DNA from: Geopsychrobacteraceae bacterium
Lineage (GTDB): Bacteria > Desulfobacterota > Desulfuromonadia > Desulfuromonadales > Geopsychrobacteraceae
DNA: 64,000 nucleotides
NCBI GenBank assembly: GCA_963676795.2
Contig: CAXXTB010000002.1
Coordinates: forward strand, 544,001 to 608,000
Direction of reading: 5' to 3'
Notes under the pieces: model-generated
What the model saw: the letters and a program-made list of their open reading frames with translations, nothing else
Databases searched by the model: none
What the model was told of the DNA's origin: nothing
Made by a program: the position numbers and the translations under genes
Part shown: in pieces, positions 42,278-50,251 of the stretch
How the letters are laid out: every line of letters starts with the position of its first letter
Numbering within the stretch: the first letter of the stretch is position 1

Positions 42278-44256
42278 AACTGATTCACAAAATAGTGTCT
42301 GTTTTCAGTTTTGTCGGCGTTTGCTGTATGTCCGCAACCATCGTTTTCGGAGCTGAAGGGACATTGAGCCAGCTTAAATCGATGAGCCTGGAAAACCTGA
42401 TGCAGATCGAGGTTTTTTCGGCATCGCTGAAGGATGAACAGCTCTCTGCAGTTGCCAGTGCCGTCTATGTCATTGACCGTGAAGACATCCGCCGCAGCGG
42501 AGCCCTTACCCTGCCGGAACTGCTGCGCGGAGTCCCGGGAATCGATGTCATCAGAGTTGATTCCCACACCTGGATGATCAGTGCTCGCGGTTTCAACGGG
42601 TTGTTCGCCAACAAGCTGCTGGTCCTGATGGATGGCCGGACCCTCTATACGCCACTTTTTTCAGGTGTCTATTGGGATATGCAGGACACCCTGCTGGAGG
42701 ATATCGAGCGGATCGAGATCATTCGCGGTCCCGGTGCGACGGTCTGGGGCGCCAACGCCGTCAACGGCGTCATCAACATCATGACCCGCCATGCCGATGA
42801 TACCGGCGGTGGTTTTGTCCGAACTGGCGGCGCGACCCCTGAAGAAGGTCTGTTGAGCGGCCGGATCGGCCAGAACCTGGGTAACTTTTCTTATCGGGTA
42901 TTTGGCAAGGCCCTGGAACAGGATGGCTACGAGGCCGCCTCAGGCGGCGATCTGTATGACAACTGGAAAGAGCAGATCGCCGGATTCCGTATGGATTGGC
43001 AGACTTATACCGGACATGAGCTGACCCTTTCGGGAGACCTTTATCGTGGTGAGGGACACCAGCAGATAAAGATCGATGAGGGCGCCGAAGGTACGGGTTC
43101 CTACGACGATTCCGGGGGCTACCTGCAGCTGCAGTGGCAGAAACAGACCTCGGAGTGTTCCCACTGGTCGCTGCAGTCATACCTTGACCGGAATCTGCGT
43201 GATGATCTCTACGTCAAACAGGGGCGGACAATCTGGGACCTTTCCCTGACCCATGTCTACGATCTGAGTGAGGCACGGCAGAGTCTGGTCTGGGGCGGAG
43301 GATATCGTTATTCGAGTGATAATACCTCCTTCGGGCTTTACAGTGGCCTGGATCCGGCAGCTGTCGATGAAGACCTGTTCAGCCTGTTTGTTCAGGACGA
43401 TATCACCCTGATCGATGAGTCTTTGCATCTGATTCTCGGCTCCAAGTTTGAGCACAACGACTATACCGGTTTTGAGGTGCAGCCAAACATGCGTCTGGTC
43501 TGGACGCCGTCCGCCAGGCAGACAGTCTGGGGAGCCGTGTCAAGGGCGGTTAGAACTCCTTCCCGTATGGAGTTCGATACCAGATTTTACTTCGAGGACG
43601 TTAATGCGTATGGTACCTATGCGGCGATAGGTAGCGGAAATAGAGACTTCAAATCGGAAGAACTGCTGGCTTATGAGCTAGGTTACAGGTTGCAGCTGAA
43701 CGAGAGGTTCTCAGTTGATCTGGCTTTATTTTATAACGATTATGATAATCTGCGAGTGGATACGCAGAGATTTGTGGTTGTTTCTTATGCTCCCCTTGTT
43801 GTGGAAGTTCCGATGTCTTTCAGCAATGATATGACAGCAGAGAGTTACGGTGCCGAACTTTCAGCCAAGTGGACGCCTGTTGACCTCTGGCGTCTCAATT
43901 TCGGTTATTCCTGGCTGAAAATGTTCTTTCATTATGATGCGTCTGAAGCTGTTGAGCCATTTTATCTGATCGAAGAATCGACCCCCGAGCATCAGCTCAG
44001 CCTCAAATCCTATGTCGATCTTCCCTACGATCTGGAATGGGATACCTTTCTCTACTATTTCAGCTCCTATAATGATGTCGATGCTCATCTGCGCTGCGAT
44101 ATCCGTCTGGGCTGGCAGCCTTCTGATAAATGGGAGCTGAGCGTCAAGGTCGAGAGTCTGTTCGATGACAGCTACCGTGAGTCCTATGATGGTTACGGGG
44201 TGGTCAGCGGTGAAGTGCCGAGAACGTTTTTTGCGGAAGTGAAGTATCGCTTCTAG
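42274..44256 (+). CDS. TonB-dependent receptor, paralog 2
   Basis: Same plug motifs as 36869-38926; start overlaps the kinase stop (ATGA). Confidence 0.88.
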   Translation: MKLIHKIVSVFSFVGVCCMSATIVFGAEGTLSQLKSMSLENLMQIEVFSASLKDEQLSAVASAVYVIDREDIRRSGALTLPELLRGVPGIDVIRVDSHTWMISARGFNGLFANKLLVLMDGRTLYTPLFSGVYWDMQDTLLEDIERIEIIRGPGATVWGANAVNGVINIMTRHADDTGGGFVRTGGATPEEGLLSGRIGQNLGNFSYRVFGKALEQDGYEAASGGDLYDNWKEQIAGFRMDWQTYTGHELTLSGDLYRGEGHQQIKIDEGAEGTGSYDDSGGYLQLQWQKQTSECSHWSLQSYLDRNLRDDLYVKQGRTIWDLSLTHVYDLSEARQSLVWGGGYRYSSDNTSFGLYSGLDPAAVDEDLFSLFVQDDITLIDESLHLILGSKFEHNDYTGFEVQPNMRLVWTPSARQTVWGAVSRAVRTPSRMEFDTRFYFEDVNAYGTYAAIGSGNRDFKSEELLAYELGYRLQLNERFSVDLALFYNDYDNLRVDTQRFVVVSYAPLVVEVPMSFSNDMTAESYGAELSAKWTPVDLWRLNFGYSWLKMFFHYDASEAVEPFYLIEESTPEHQLSLKSYVDLPYDLEWDTFLYYFSSYNDVDAHLRCDIRLGWQPSDKWELSVKVESLFDDSYRESYDGYGVVSGEVPRTFFAEVKYRF

Positions 44257-44268
44257 ATAAAACGCCCG

Positions 44269-44305
44269 CGTCGCGTTCCGGAGTTGGGGACCCCGGAACG
44301 CGACA
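44269..44305. terminator. Hairpin between convergent genes
   Basis: GTCGCGTTCCGG-..-CCGGAACGCGAC. Confidence 0.6.
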
Positions 44306-44312
44306 AGGCTCT

Positions 44313-44975
44313 CTAGCAATGGTAGAGAAAATTCCGAATCATCTCCTTGCCACCTTCGGTGGCGAATGATTCGGGGTGAAACTGAATGCCGTAGATCGGC
44401 CAGTCTTTGTGTTTGACGCCCATGATCTCGAAGTCTCCGCCAGCTTTGATCTTCTCGCGGTTGGTGAAATCTTCCAGTCTCAGTTCGCCGACCGCCGAGG
44501 TCACCTCCAGGCAGTCGGGCAGGCTTTCCGCCTCGGCAATCAGCGAATGATAGCGCATGATCTCCAGTTCGGTCGGGATACCGGCAAAAACACCTGTGCC
44601 GTCATGGTCGATCAGGCTGGTTTTGCCGTGCATCGGCAGTGGTGCCTTGACGACACGGCCGCCGAAGACATGGACGATCCCCTGCATCCCCAGACAGACG
44701 CCGAGCAGTGGTGTGACCGGCCCCACCTCACGGATCACTGAGGCACAGACACCGAAGTAGTGTTCATCATCCGGAGATCCCGGCCCCGGTGAGATGATGA
44801 TCCGCTCGGCAGCAAAGGTTTTGACTTCTTCGAGGCTGATCTCGTCGTTGCGTTTGACCAGGATCTCGAAATCGTCGATCTTGCCCGCCTGCTTGTCGCT
44901 GCTTAAGATCTCACCGATATACTGATAGAGGTTGTAGGTGAAGGAGTCGTAGTTATCGATAATCAGCACCTTCAT
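44313..44975 (-). CDS. trpG: Anthranilate synthase glutamine amidotransferase subunit
   Basis: IDNYDSFTYNL, SPGPGSP, GVCLGMQ, QFHPES. Confidence 0.9.
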   Translation of the reverse strand: MKVLIIDNYDSFTYNLYQYIGEILSSDKQAGKIDDFEILVKRNDEISLEEVKTFAAERIIISPGPGSPDDEHYFGVCASVIREVGPVTPLLGVCLGMQGIVHVFGGRVVKAPLPMHGKTSLIDHDGTGVFAGIPTELEIMRYHSLIAEAESLPDCLEVTSAVGELRLEDFTNREKIKAGGDFEIMGVKHKDWPIYGIQFHPESFATEGGKEMIRNFLYHC

Positions 44976-46378
44976 CAGAACTTCTCCTTGTCTTGTTCGG
45001 CCACAAACGGCGCCATCGCGGTCTTGGTTCCGGCAAACTTGCGCTGAATCTCGAGGTATTCGTCAGCCGGGTTGGAGTCAAATACGTTCCCGCCGCAGGT
45101 CTGCACGTAGGCCTGCTCCCCCCTGGCGAAGATAGTGCGGATCGGGATGGCGAAGGTGCAGTCGCCGTTGAAGGAAAAGTGCCCGACCGCGCCACCGTAG
45201 GGGCCGCGACCGTCAGTCTCCATGGCGTTGATGATCTTCATCGCTTCGATCTTCGGTGCGCCGGTCAGGGTGCCTGCCGGAAAGTTGCTGGCCAACGCCG
45301 AGAACATGTCCTGATCTTCGGCCATGATGCCGACGATCTCGCTGCTGATGTGCTGAACATGGCTGTAACGTTTGATGTCCATCAGGTTGCGCACCTTGAC
45401 GGTGCCGAAGCGGGCCACCCGTCCGATGTCATTGCGGTGCAGATCGACCAGCATGTTGTGCTCTGCGATCTCCTTCGGATCGTTAAGCAGCTCGCGTGCC
45501 AGAGCGACATCCTCCTGTGGCGTTGCTCCGCGTTTGGTCGTACCGGCCAGCGGAAAGGTTTCCATCTCCCCCTGGCGCAAGCGGAAGAGTAGCTCCGGGC
45601 TGGCGCTGATCAGCTTCTGGTCGCCGAACTTGAGGAAGAACATCTGTGGTGACGGATTGATCTCGCGCATCTTTTCGTAGAGGTTGATACAGTCCCCTTC
45701 CAGTCTGAAGCGTTTCTTGAAGCCGACTTCACACTGGAAGATCTTGCCGTCAATAATGTTCTGCTTAACCTCCATAACTGCCGCGGCATGTTCCTCGCGG
45801 GTCATGCTGTCGCCTAAGGGGGTGATGCGCAGCTCACCGTTGCCGGGGTAAGGGGTGGCGAGCAGTTCCTCGATCAGGGCGATGCGGCTGTCGTCGTAGT
45901 AGAAGTAGATCAGCTCACCGGTCATCTTGTCGTAGATCAGACCGTCCTTGAACAGGCCGAAACGGAAGACGTCGAAATCCTCGCTGGTCTGCATCTTCAA
46001 GGAGGGCTCAAAATAGTTCATCGCATCGTAGGAGAGGTAGCCGGTCAGGCCGCCTGCATATTTGCGCGACAGGACATCCTGTGGAATGATCTCGCGCAGC
46101 AGGTAGTATGGGTTGTCGCTTACGTAGGTCTGCTGTCGGCCGTCACGATCCTCGACGGTCAACTGATCGCCGTTGGCGAACAGCTGCTGCTCCGGGTCGA
46201 AGCCGATCAGGGTGTGACGGGCGACATAGCTCTCCTCGCCGAGCGATTCGAGGATAAAACAGTTGTCGAAACGTTTCTCGACCTTTTTGAACAGCTCGAA
46301 ATAATCGCAGCTGCCGGTAATGGTCACGTAGTGCGGCTTGCGCGGCAGACGTATCGGCCGCGGTTTCTCTGAACTCAT
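44975..46378 (-). CDS. trpE: Anthranilate synthase component I
   Basis: ILES, SASPE, EHNMLVDLHRND, FPAGTLTGAPK; downstream of trpR. Confidence 0.85.
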   Translation of the reverse strand: MSSEKPRPIRLPRKPHYVTITGSCDYFELFKKVEKRFDNCFILESLGEESYVARHTLIGFDPEQQLFANGDQLTVEDRDGRQQTYVSDNPYYLLREIIPQDVLSRKYAGGLTGYLSYDAMNYFEPSLKMQTSEDFDVFRFGLFKDGLIYDKMTGELIYFYYDDSRIALIEELLATPYPGNGELRITPLGDSMTREEHAAAVMEVKQNIIDGKIFQCEVGFKKRFRLEGDCINLYEKMREINPSPQMFFLKFGDQKLISASPELLFRLRQGEMETFPLAGTTKRGATPQEDVALARELLNDPKEIAEHNMLVDLHRNDIGRVARFGTVKVRNLMDIKRYSHVQHISSEIVGIMAEDQDMFSALASNFPAGTLTGAPKIEAMKIINAMETDGRGPYGGAVGHFSFNGDCTFAIPIRTIFARGEQAYVQTCGGNVFDSNPADEYLEIQRKFAGTKTAMAPFVAEQDKEKF

Positions 46379-46623
46379 GGTTTCTGCCTCTCCTTTAATG
46401 CTCTGGCTCCGCGTGAGACCGTAGCGATCCCCACGCCCAACTCCTCAGCGACCTTACGCTGCGGCACGCCGGCTTCGAGCATTCTGAAAATCTGCAGTCG
46501 GTTGGTTATTTCAGCAAACTCGGCCGGTGTCAGCAGGCCGCGGAGGGCTTCTTCCATCGCTTCGGGAGTCTGAACGGCAAGCAGATAATCGATCAGTTGT
46601 TGGATGTGATCTTGTGTATTCAT
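46375..46623 (-). CDS. trpR: Trp repressor family regulator
   Basis: LLTPAE..R..I...L..G.PQR..AEELGVGIATVSRG. Confidence 0.85.
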   Translation of the reverse strand: MNTQDHIQQLIDYLLAVQTPEAMEEALRGLLTPAEFAEITNRLQIFRMLEAGVPQRKVAEELGVGIATVSRGARALKERQKP

Positions 46624-46659
46624 GTACTAGTAGGCTAGTACATTTGTGAAATATGTCAA
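46622..46659 (-). promoter_or_regulatory. TrpR operator and promoter
   Basis: ATGTACTAG-TAGG-CTAGTACAT 46622-43; TTGACA 46659-54; TAGCCT 46637-32. Confidence 0.88.
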
Positions 46660-46859
46660 GCTCTTTTTTATAAGGTTCGAATCGGAATTTTTGTGGCAGT
46701 TTGAAGGGCGTTGCGCGGGGAGGTCTGATCAATAAAGCCAGTTGTTTGCTGCTTGAAAATTATGTTGCTAAACTAAATGACCTGCTGTGTTGCAGGGCTG
46801 CCGCAACCTTGTGTTTTTGTTGAAGCCGATGCGCAATTGCTGAAAAGAGGAGTAGGCAA

Positions 46860-47054
46860 ATGAAAAAGTATTTAGTTGTCGTTTTGCTTTTACTGCTGGC
46901 TGGCTGTTCAGCCCGGGAAATCTACGAAACCGGCCAGGTTCTGCAGCAATATCAATGTTCGCAGATCCAGGATTACCACGAACGCAAGCGCTGTATGGAG
47001 GGGGCGCAAACCTCTTACGAGCAGTATCGGGATGATCTGGATTCCGATAAATAA
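46860..47054 (+). CDS. Small lipoprotein
   Basis: GAGGAG RBS; LAGC lipobox; two further Cys. Confidence 0.75.
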   Translation: MKKYLVVVLLLLLAGCSAREIYETGQVLQQYQCSQIQDYHERKRCMEGAQTSYEQYRDDLDSDK

Positions 47055-47225
47055 CCGTCTTGAAGCGGACTGCTTTTTCTGTCCTGATCCTTATCCCGTC
47101 TGGTCCGATCAGTTCGGATGAGAGGCTTCCCCTTCTGCCTTGCGCTGTCCTGACTTTCTGGATTTAAATTCTGAATAGCAAGTATAGGTCTGATCGAAAT
47201 AATCAATTTGCTTTGACCGTCAAGA

Positions 47226-47783
47226 ATGGCTGACAATGATTTCCCTCTGAATAGGGGGGATTTTTTGTCGATATTGAATTTTCATCAGTTTGCCAAGAGC
47301 CGCCCGGCCCGGTTGTTTTATGTTTGCGGGAGCCTGCTGCTGGTCGTGGTTTTTCTTTGGTCCGGGGTGAGCAAAGCCTTTTCTCCCGTGCTGTTTTCTG
47401 AAACGATCGGTGCCTACGGTTTAATCCCGGAATCGCTCAATCTGGCTGCGGCTATTTTTTTGATTATTGCCGAGATAGTTGTCGCCGTCGGCCTGTTGTT
47501 TGGCCGGTTGTGGGCGCTGAACGGTACAACCGTCCTGATGCTGCTGTTTATCGGCGTGCTTGGTTACGGGATCTATCTTGGACTGGATATCGATTGCGGT
47601 TGTTTTGGCCCTGAGGATCCTGAGGCCGCCGCTTTTCATAATTTGCGCTCTGCATTTTATCGTGACCTGCTGTTGATGGTGATTGTCGCCTATCAGTATT
47701 TCTGGCGCTTTATTAATCGATCGAAGCACCTAATAACCCCGGCTGCGGCCGGATTTTTCAAGAAGGAGAGGATAAGCTCATGA
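47226..47783 (+). CDS. MauE/DoxX family membrane protein (start may be later)
   Basis: FLWSGVSK, AE..VGLL, GLDIDCGCFG, RD motif. Confidence 0.85.
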   Translation: MADNDFPLNRGDFLSILNFHQFAKSRPARLFYVCGSLLLVVVFLWSGVSKAFSPVLFSETIGAYGLIPESLNLAAAIFLIIAEIVVAVGLLFGRLWALNGTTVLMLLFIGVLGYGIYLGLDIDCGCFGPEDPEAAAFHNLRSAFYRDLLLMVIVAYQYFWRFINRSKHLITPAAAGFFKKERISS

Positions 47784-48292
47784 AACGTTTAGTATTGGCA
47801 ACTCTGTTGATTCTGATGCTGGCAACAACAGGTTTTGCTGCAAACAAGTTCAAGCAGGAAGTTGAGACGGAAACCGTTGCAGTCAAACTGAACCGCGAGG
47901 TAGCGCGTGGCGGTTACGACCTGGTGACCACCGCCGAACTGAAATCCTGGATCGACGCCGGCAAGGAGATGGTCATCGTCGATACCATGCCGTATGAAGC
48001 GAGCTATAAAAAAGCCCACGTCCCGGGTGCAAAGCAGTTCCTGTTCCCGATCCCGGACATGGATCAGTGGGAGAGCAAGGAAACCGACGGAAAATCTCAG
48101 GAAGACTACGTCGCGCTGCTCGGTCCTGACAAAGAGAAAACCATCGTTGTTTACTGCGGCTTTGTCAAATGTACCCGCAGCCACAACGGTGCCGCCTGGG
48201 CCGAAAAACTCGGTTACAAAAACGTCTACCGTTACTCCGGCGGTATCTTCGCCTGGAAAGGCGCCGGTTACGATGCTGAAAAGGTCGACTGA
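47780..48292 (+). CDS. Exported rhodanese-like protein
   Basis: Signal peptide; IVDTMP, HVPGA, YCGFVKCTRSH, GGIFAW. Confidence 0.88.
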   Translation: MKRLVLATLLILMLATTGFAANKFKQEVETETVAVKLNREVARGGYDLVTTAELKSWIDAGKEMVIVDTMPYEASYKKAHVPGAKQFLFPIPDMDQWESKETDGKSQEDYVALLGPDKEKTIVVYCGFVKCTRSHNGAAWAEKLGYKNVYRYSGGIFAWKGAGYDAEKVD

Positions 48293-48321
48293 TCGCTAAG
48301 TCCGCGATTTTGTCACTATGG

Positions 48322-48350
48322 GGCGGGAGAATTTTTCTCCCGCCTTTTTT
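48322..48350 (+). terminator. Intrinsic terminator after rhodanese 1
   Basis: GGCGGGAGAA-TTT-TTCTCCCGCC-TTTTTT. Confidence 0.8.
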
Positions 48351-48480
48351 GTCGCTATTTGTTTTTTGAATGATGACGGGTAGCCTGATTGAGATTATCC
48401 GTTTGACCCGAAAGCTGTCTTTGCTCTGTAATATTCGAATATACAACTATTTTTTCTAAAAAGTATTCAGGAGACAGTTG

Positions 48481-48909
48481 ATGAAGAAAGTATTATTGCT
48501 GGTGATCGTTTTCGCCTTTGTCGTGCCCCTTCCCCTGACCGCTCTGGCAAAAGACTACCGTTATATGTCTGCGGCAGAAGTCAAAAGCAACATGGAAAAA
48601 CATGCGGCGCTCACTCTGGTCGATATTCAGGTGGAAAATGAGTTTGCTGAACACCACATCAACAGTGCTGTAGCCACATATGCCTACCCGGTGAAAAGCG
48701 ACGAAGATAAGCAGAAGATGGCGGCTGTGACCAATGCGCTGCTGGGCAACAATGATCTGGCGGTTGTGGTCTGCCCACGTGGTGCCGGAGGCGCCAAGCG
48801 CGCCTATGACCATCTACTGGCCTCCGGAGTCGCTGAAGAGCGCCTGTATATCCTGACCGACGGTCAGGCCAAGTGGCCCTATCCGGAGCTGCTCGCCCCG
48901 GCGAACTGA
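48481..48909 (+). CDS. Exported rhodanese-like protein 2
   Basis: Signal peptide (ALA-K); LVDIQ, HHI, VCPRGAGGA, DGQAKW. Confidence 0.82.
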   Translation: MKKVLLLVIVFAFVVPLPLTALAKDYRYMSAAEVKSNMEKHAALTLVDIQVENEFAEHHINSAVATYAYPVKSDEDKQKMAAVTNALLGNNDLAVVVCPRGAGGAKRAYDHLLASGVAEERLYILTDGQAKWPYPELLAPAN

Positions 48910-48995
48910 TCCTGAAGACTGAGAAAATTCGGAGTTACAGCGCTACCGACAGGCTGCTTTGACCGGGGTCGGTATCGCTGACTATTTGTGTGAGA

Positions 48996-50099
48996 ATGGC
49001 ATTGAAACAGGATTTGTCCCTGCAACCGGCTCCGGAGCAAAACCGGAATGCCGCCACGATTATGGCCGAGATGGTCGCAGCTTGCACCTCCTGCGGGAAA
49101 TGCGTGAGCCCCTGCGCATTTTTACGCAAACAGGGAGCACCTGCGGCTATCGCTGCAAACGGCAGTGGCGCCGAAAATCTCATGCTTGCCTATGACTGTT
49201 CTCTGTGCGGGCTGTGCGATGCACACTGTCCCTTGGGGCTCACCCCCTCGGCGATGTTTCTCGCCATGCGCCGCCAGGCCGTTAGCGAAGATCTGCTTGA
49301 TCTCAAGCCGTACAGGCCACTGTTGAGTTACGAACAGCTGGGTGGTTCAGCCCTGTTCCGCCGCGATTTTATTCCGCAGGGTTGTACAACCGTCTTTTTC
49401 CCCGGCTGTTCATTGCCGGGGACGCGTCCCGCAGCGCTCAGATTGCTGTTTCGCCAGCTGCAGCGCCAGGATGCGGCGATCGGCCTGGTTCTTGACTGCT
49501 GCGGTAAAATATCCTCCGACCTTGGCCTGGAGGAACGCTTTGAGACCCTCTTCGAGCGTCTTTTGCTCCGGTTGAAAAATCAAGGAATTACCCGTGTTCT
49601 GACCTCCTGCCCGGGATGTACCAAAACACTTGAATCGAACAGCCTCGGAATCAGCGTGATGAGCATTTATCCGTTGCTGGCTGAGGCTGAACCTTCAGCG
49701 GTTTCGGCAGGGCGGGGTGTCGTCGCGGTTCATGACCCCTGTACGGCGCGCTTTAATCTGCCGCAGCAACAGGCGGTGCGCCGTTTAATTGAAAACCGCG
49801 GCTATCAGGTCCGGGAACTCCCCTTTCATGGGGCGAAGACCCGCTGTTGCGGACAGGGGGGGATGGTCGAAGCGCGTGTTCCGGGGACGGTCAGCAAAGA
49901 AGCCTCAGTCATTGGTGAAAAGACAAACGTGCCGCTGATCACCTCCTGTGCTGCCTGCTGCGATGCGCTCTCGCAGGTGGCTGAGGTGGCTCACATCGCT
50001 GATCTGTTGACGGGCAGGGATGAGCTGCATGTCAAGCCGCCATCCTCTTTGCGCCGCTGGTTGAACAGGCTGAAGCTGAGATGGTCCCGCCTCGAGTGA
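48996..50099 (+). CDS. Fe-S oxidoreductase (two 4Fe-4S motifs plus CCG domains, HdrD/GlpC-like)
   Basis: CTSCGKCVSPC, CSLCGLCDAHCP, FPGC, CCG, HDPC, CCGQGG. Confidence 0.85.
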   Translation: MALKQDLSLQPAPEQNRNAATIMAEMVAACTSCGKCVSPCAFLRKQGAPAAIAANGSGAENLMLAYDCSLCGLCDAHCPLGLTPSAMFLAMRRQAVSEDLLDLKPYRPLLSYEQLGGSALFRRDFIPQGCTTVFFPGCSLPGTRPAALRLLFRQLQRQDAAIGLVLDCCGKISSDLGLEERFETLFERLLLRLKNQGITRVLTSCPGCTKTLESNSLGISVMSIYPLLAEAEPSAVSAGRGVVAVHDPCTARFNLPQQQAVRRLIENRGYQVRELPFHGAKTRCCGQGGMVEARVPGTVSKEASVIGEKTNVPLITSCAACCDALSQVAEVAHIADLLTGRDELHVKPPSSLRRWLNRLKLRWSRLE

Positions 50100-50251
50100 G
50101 TTTCTTGCTGCTCCCGCTGTTGCCCTATTGCTCCTTTCAATCTTCACCAACAGGGGTGTTTCAGGTATGATTCCGGGGCATTCCGATCATCTTGGCGGAG
50201 TATATTGCTCTTCTCATTGAACTTAAGAACACAAAGCCCGGAAAGTCAGCT

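Noticed and set aside
44975..46378. PabB/PabA rather than TrpE/TrpG
   Set aside because: Coupling to trpR and a TrpR operator favours anthranilate synthase
46860..47054. Small lipoprotein as the RiPP precursor for the radical SAM enzyme
   Set aside because: It has a lipobox and would be exported; the enzyme lacks SPASM cysteines and carries an ArsM-like domain
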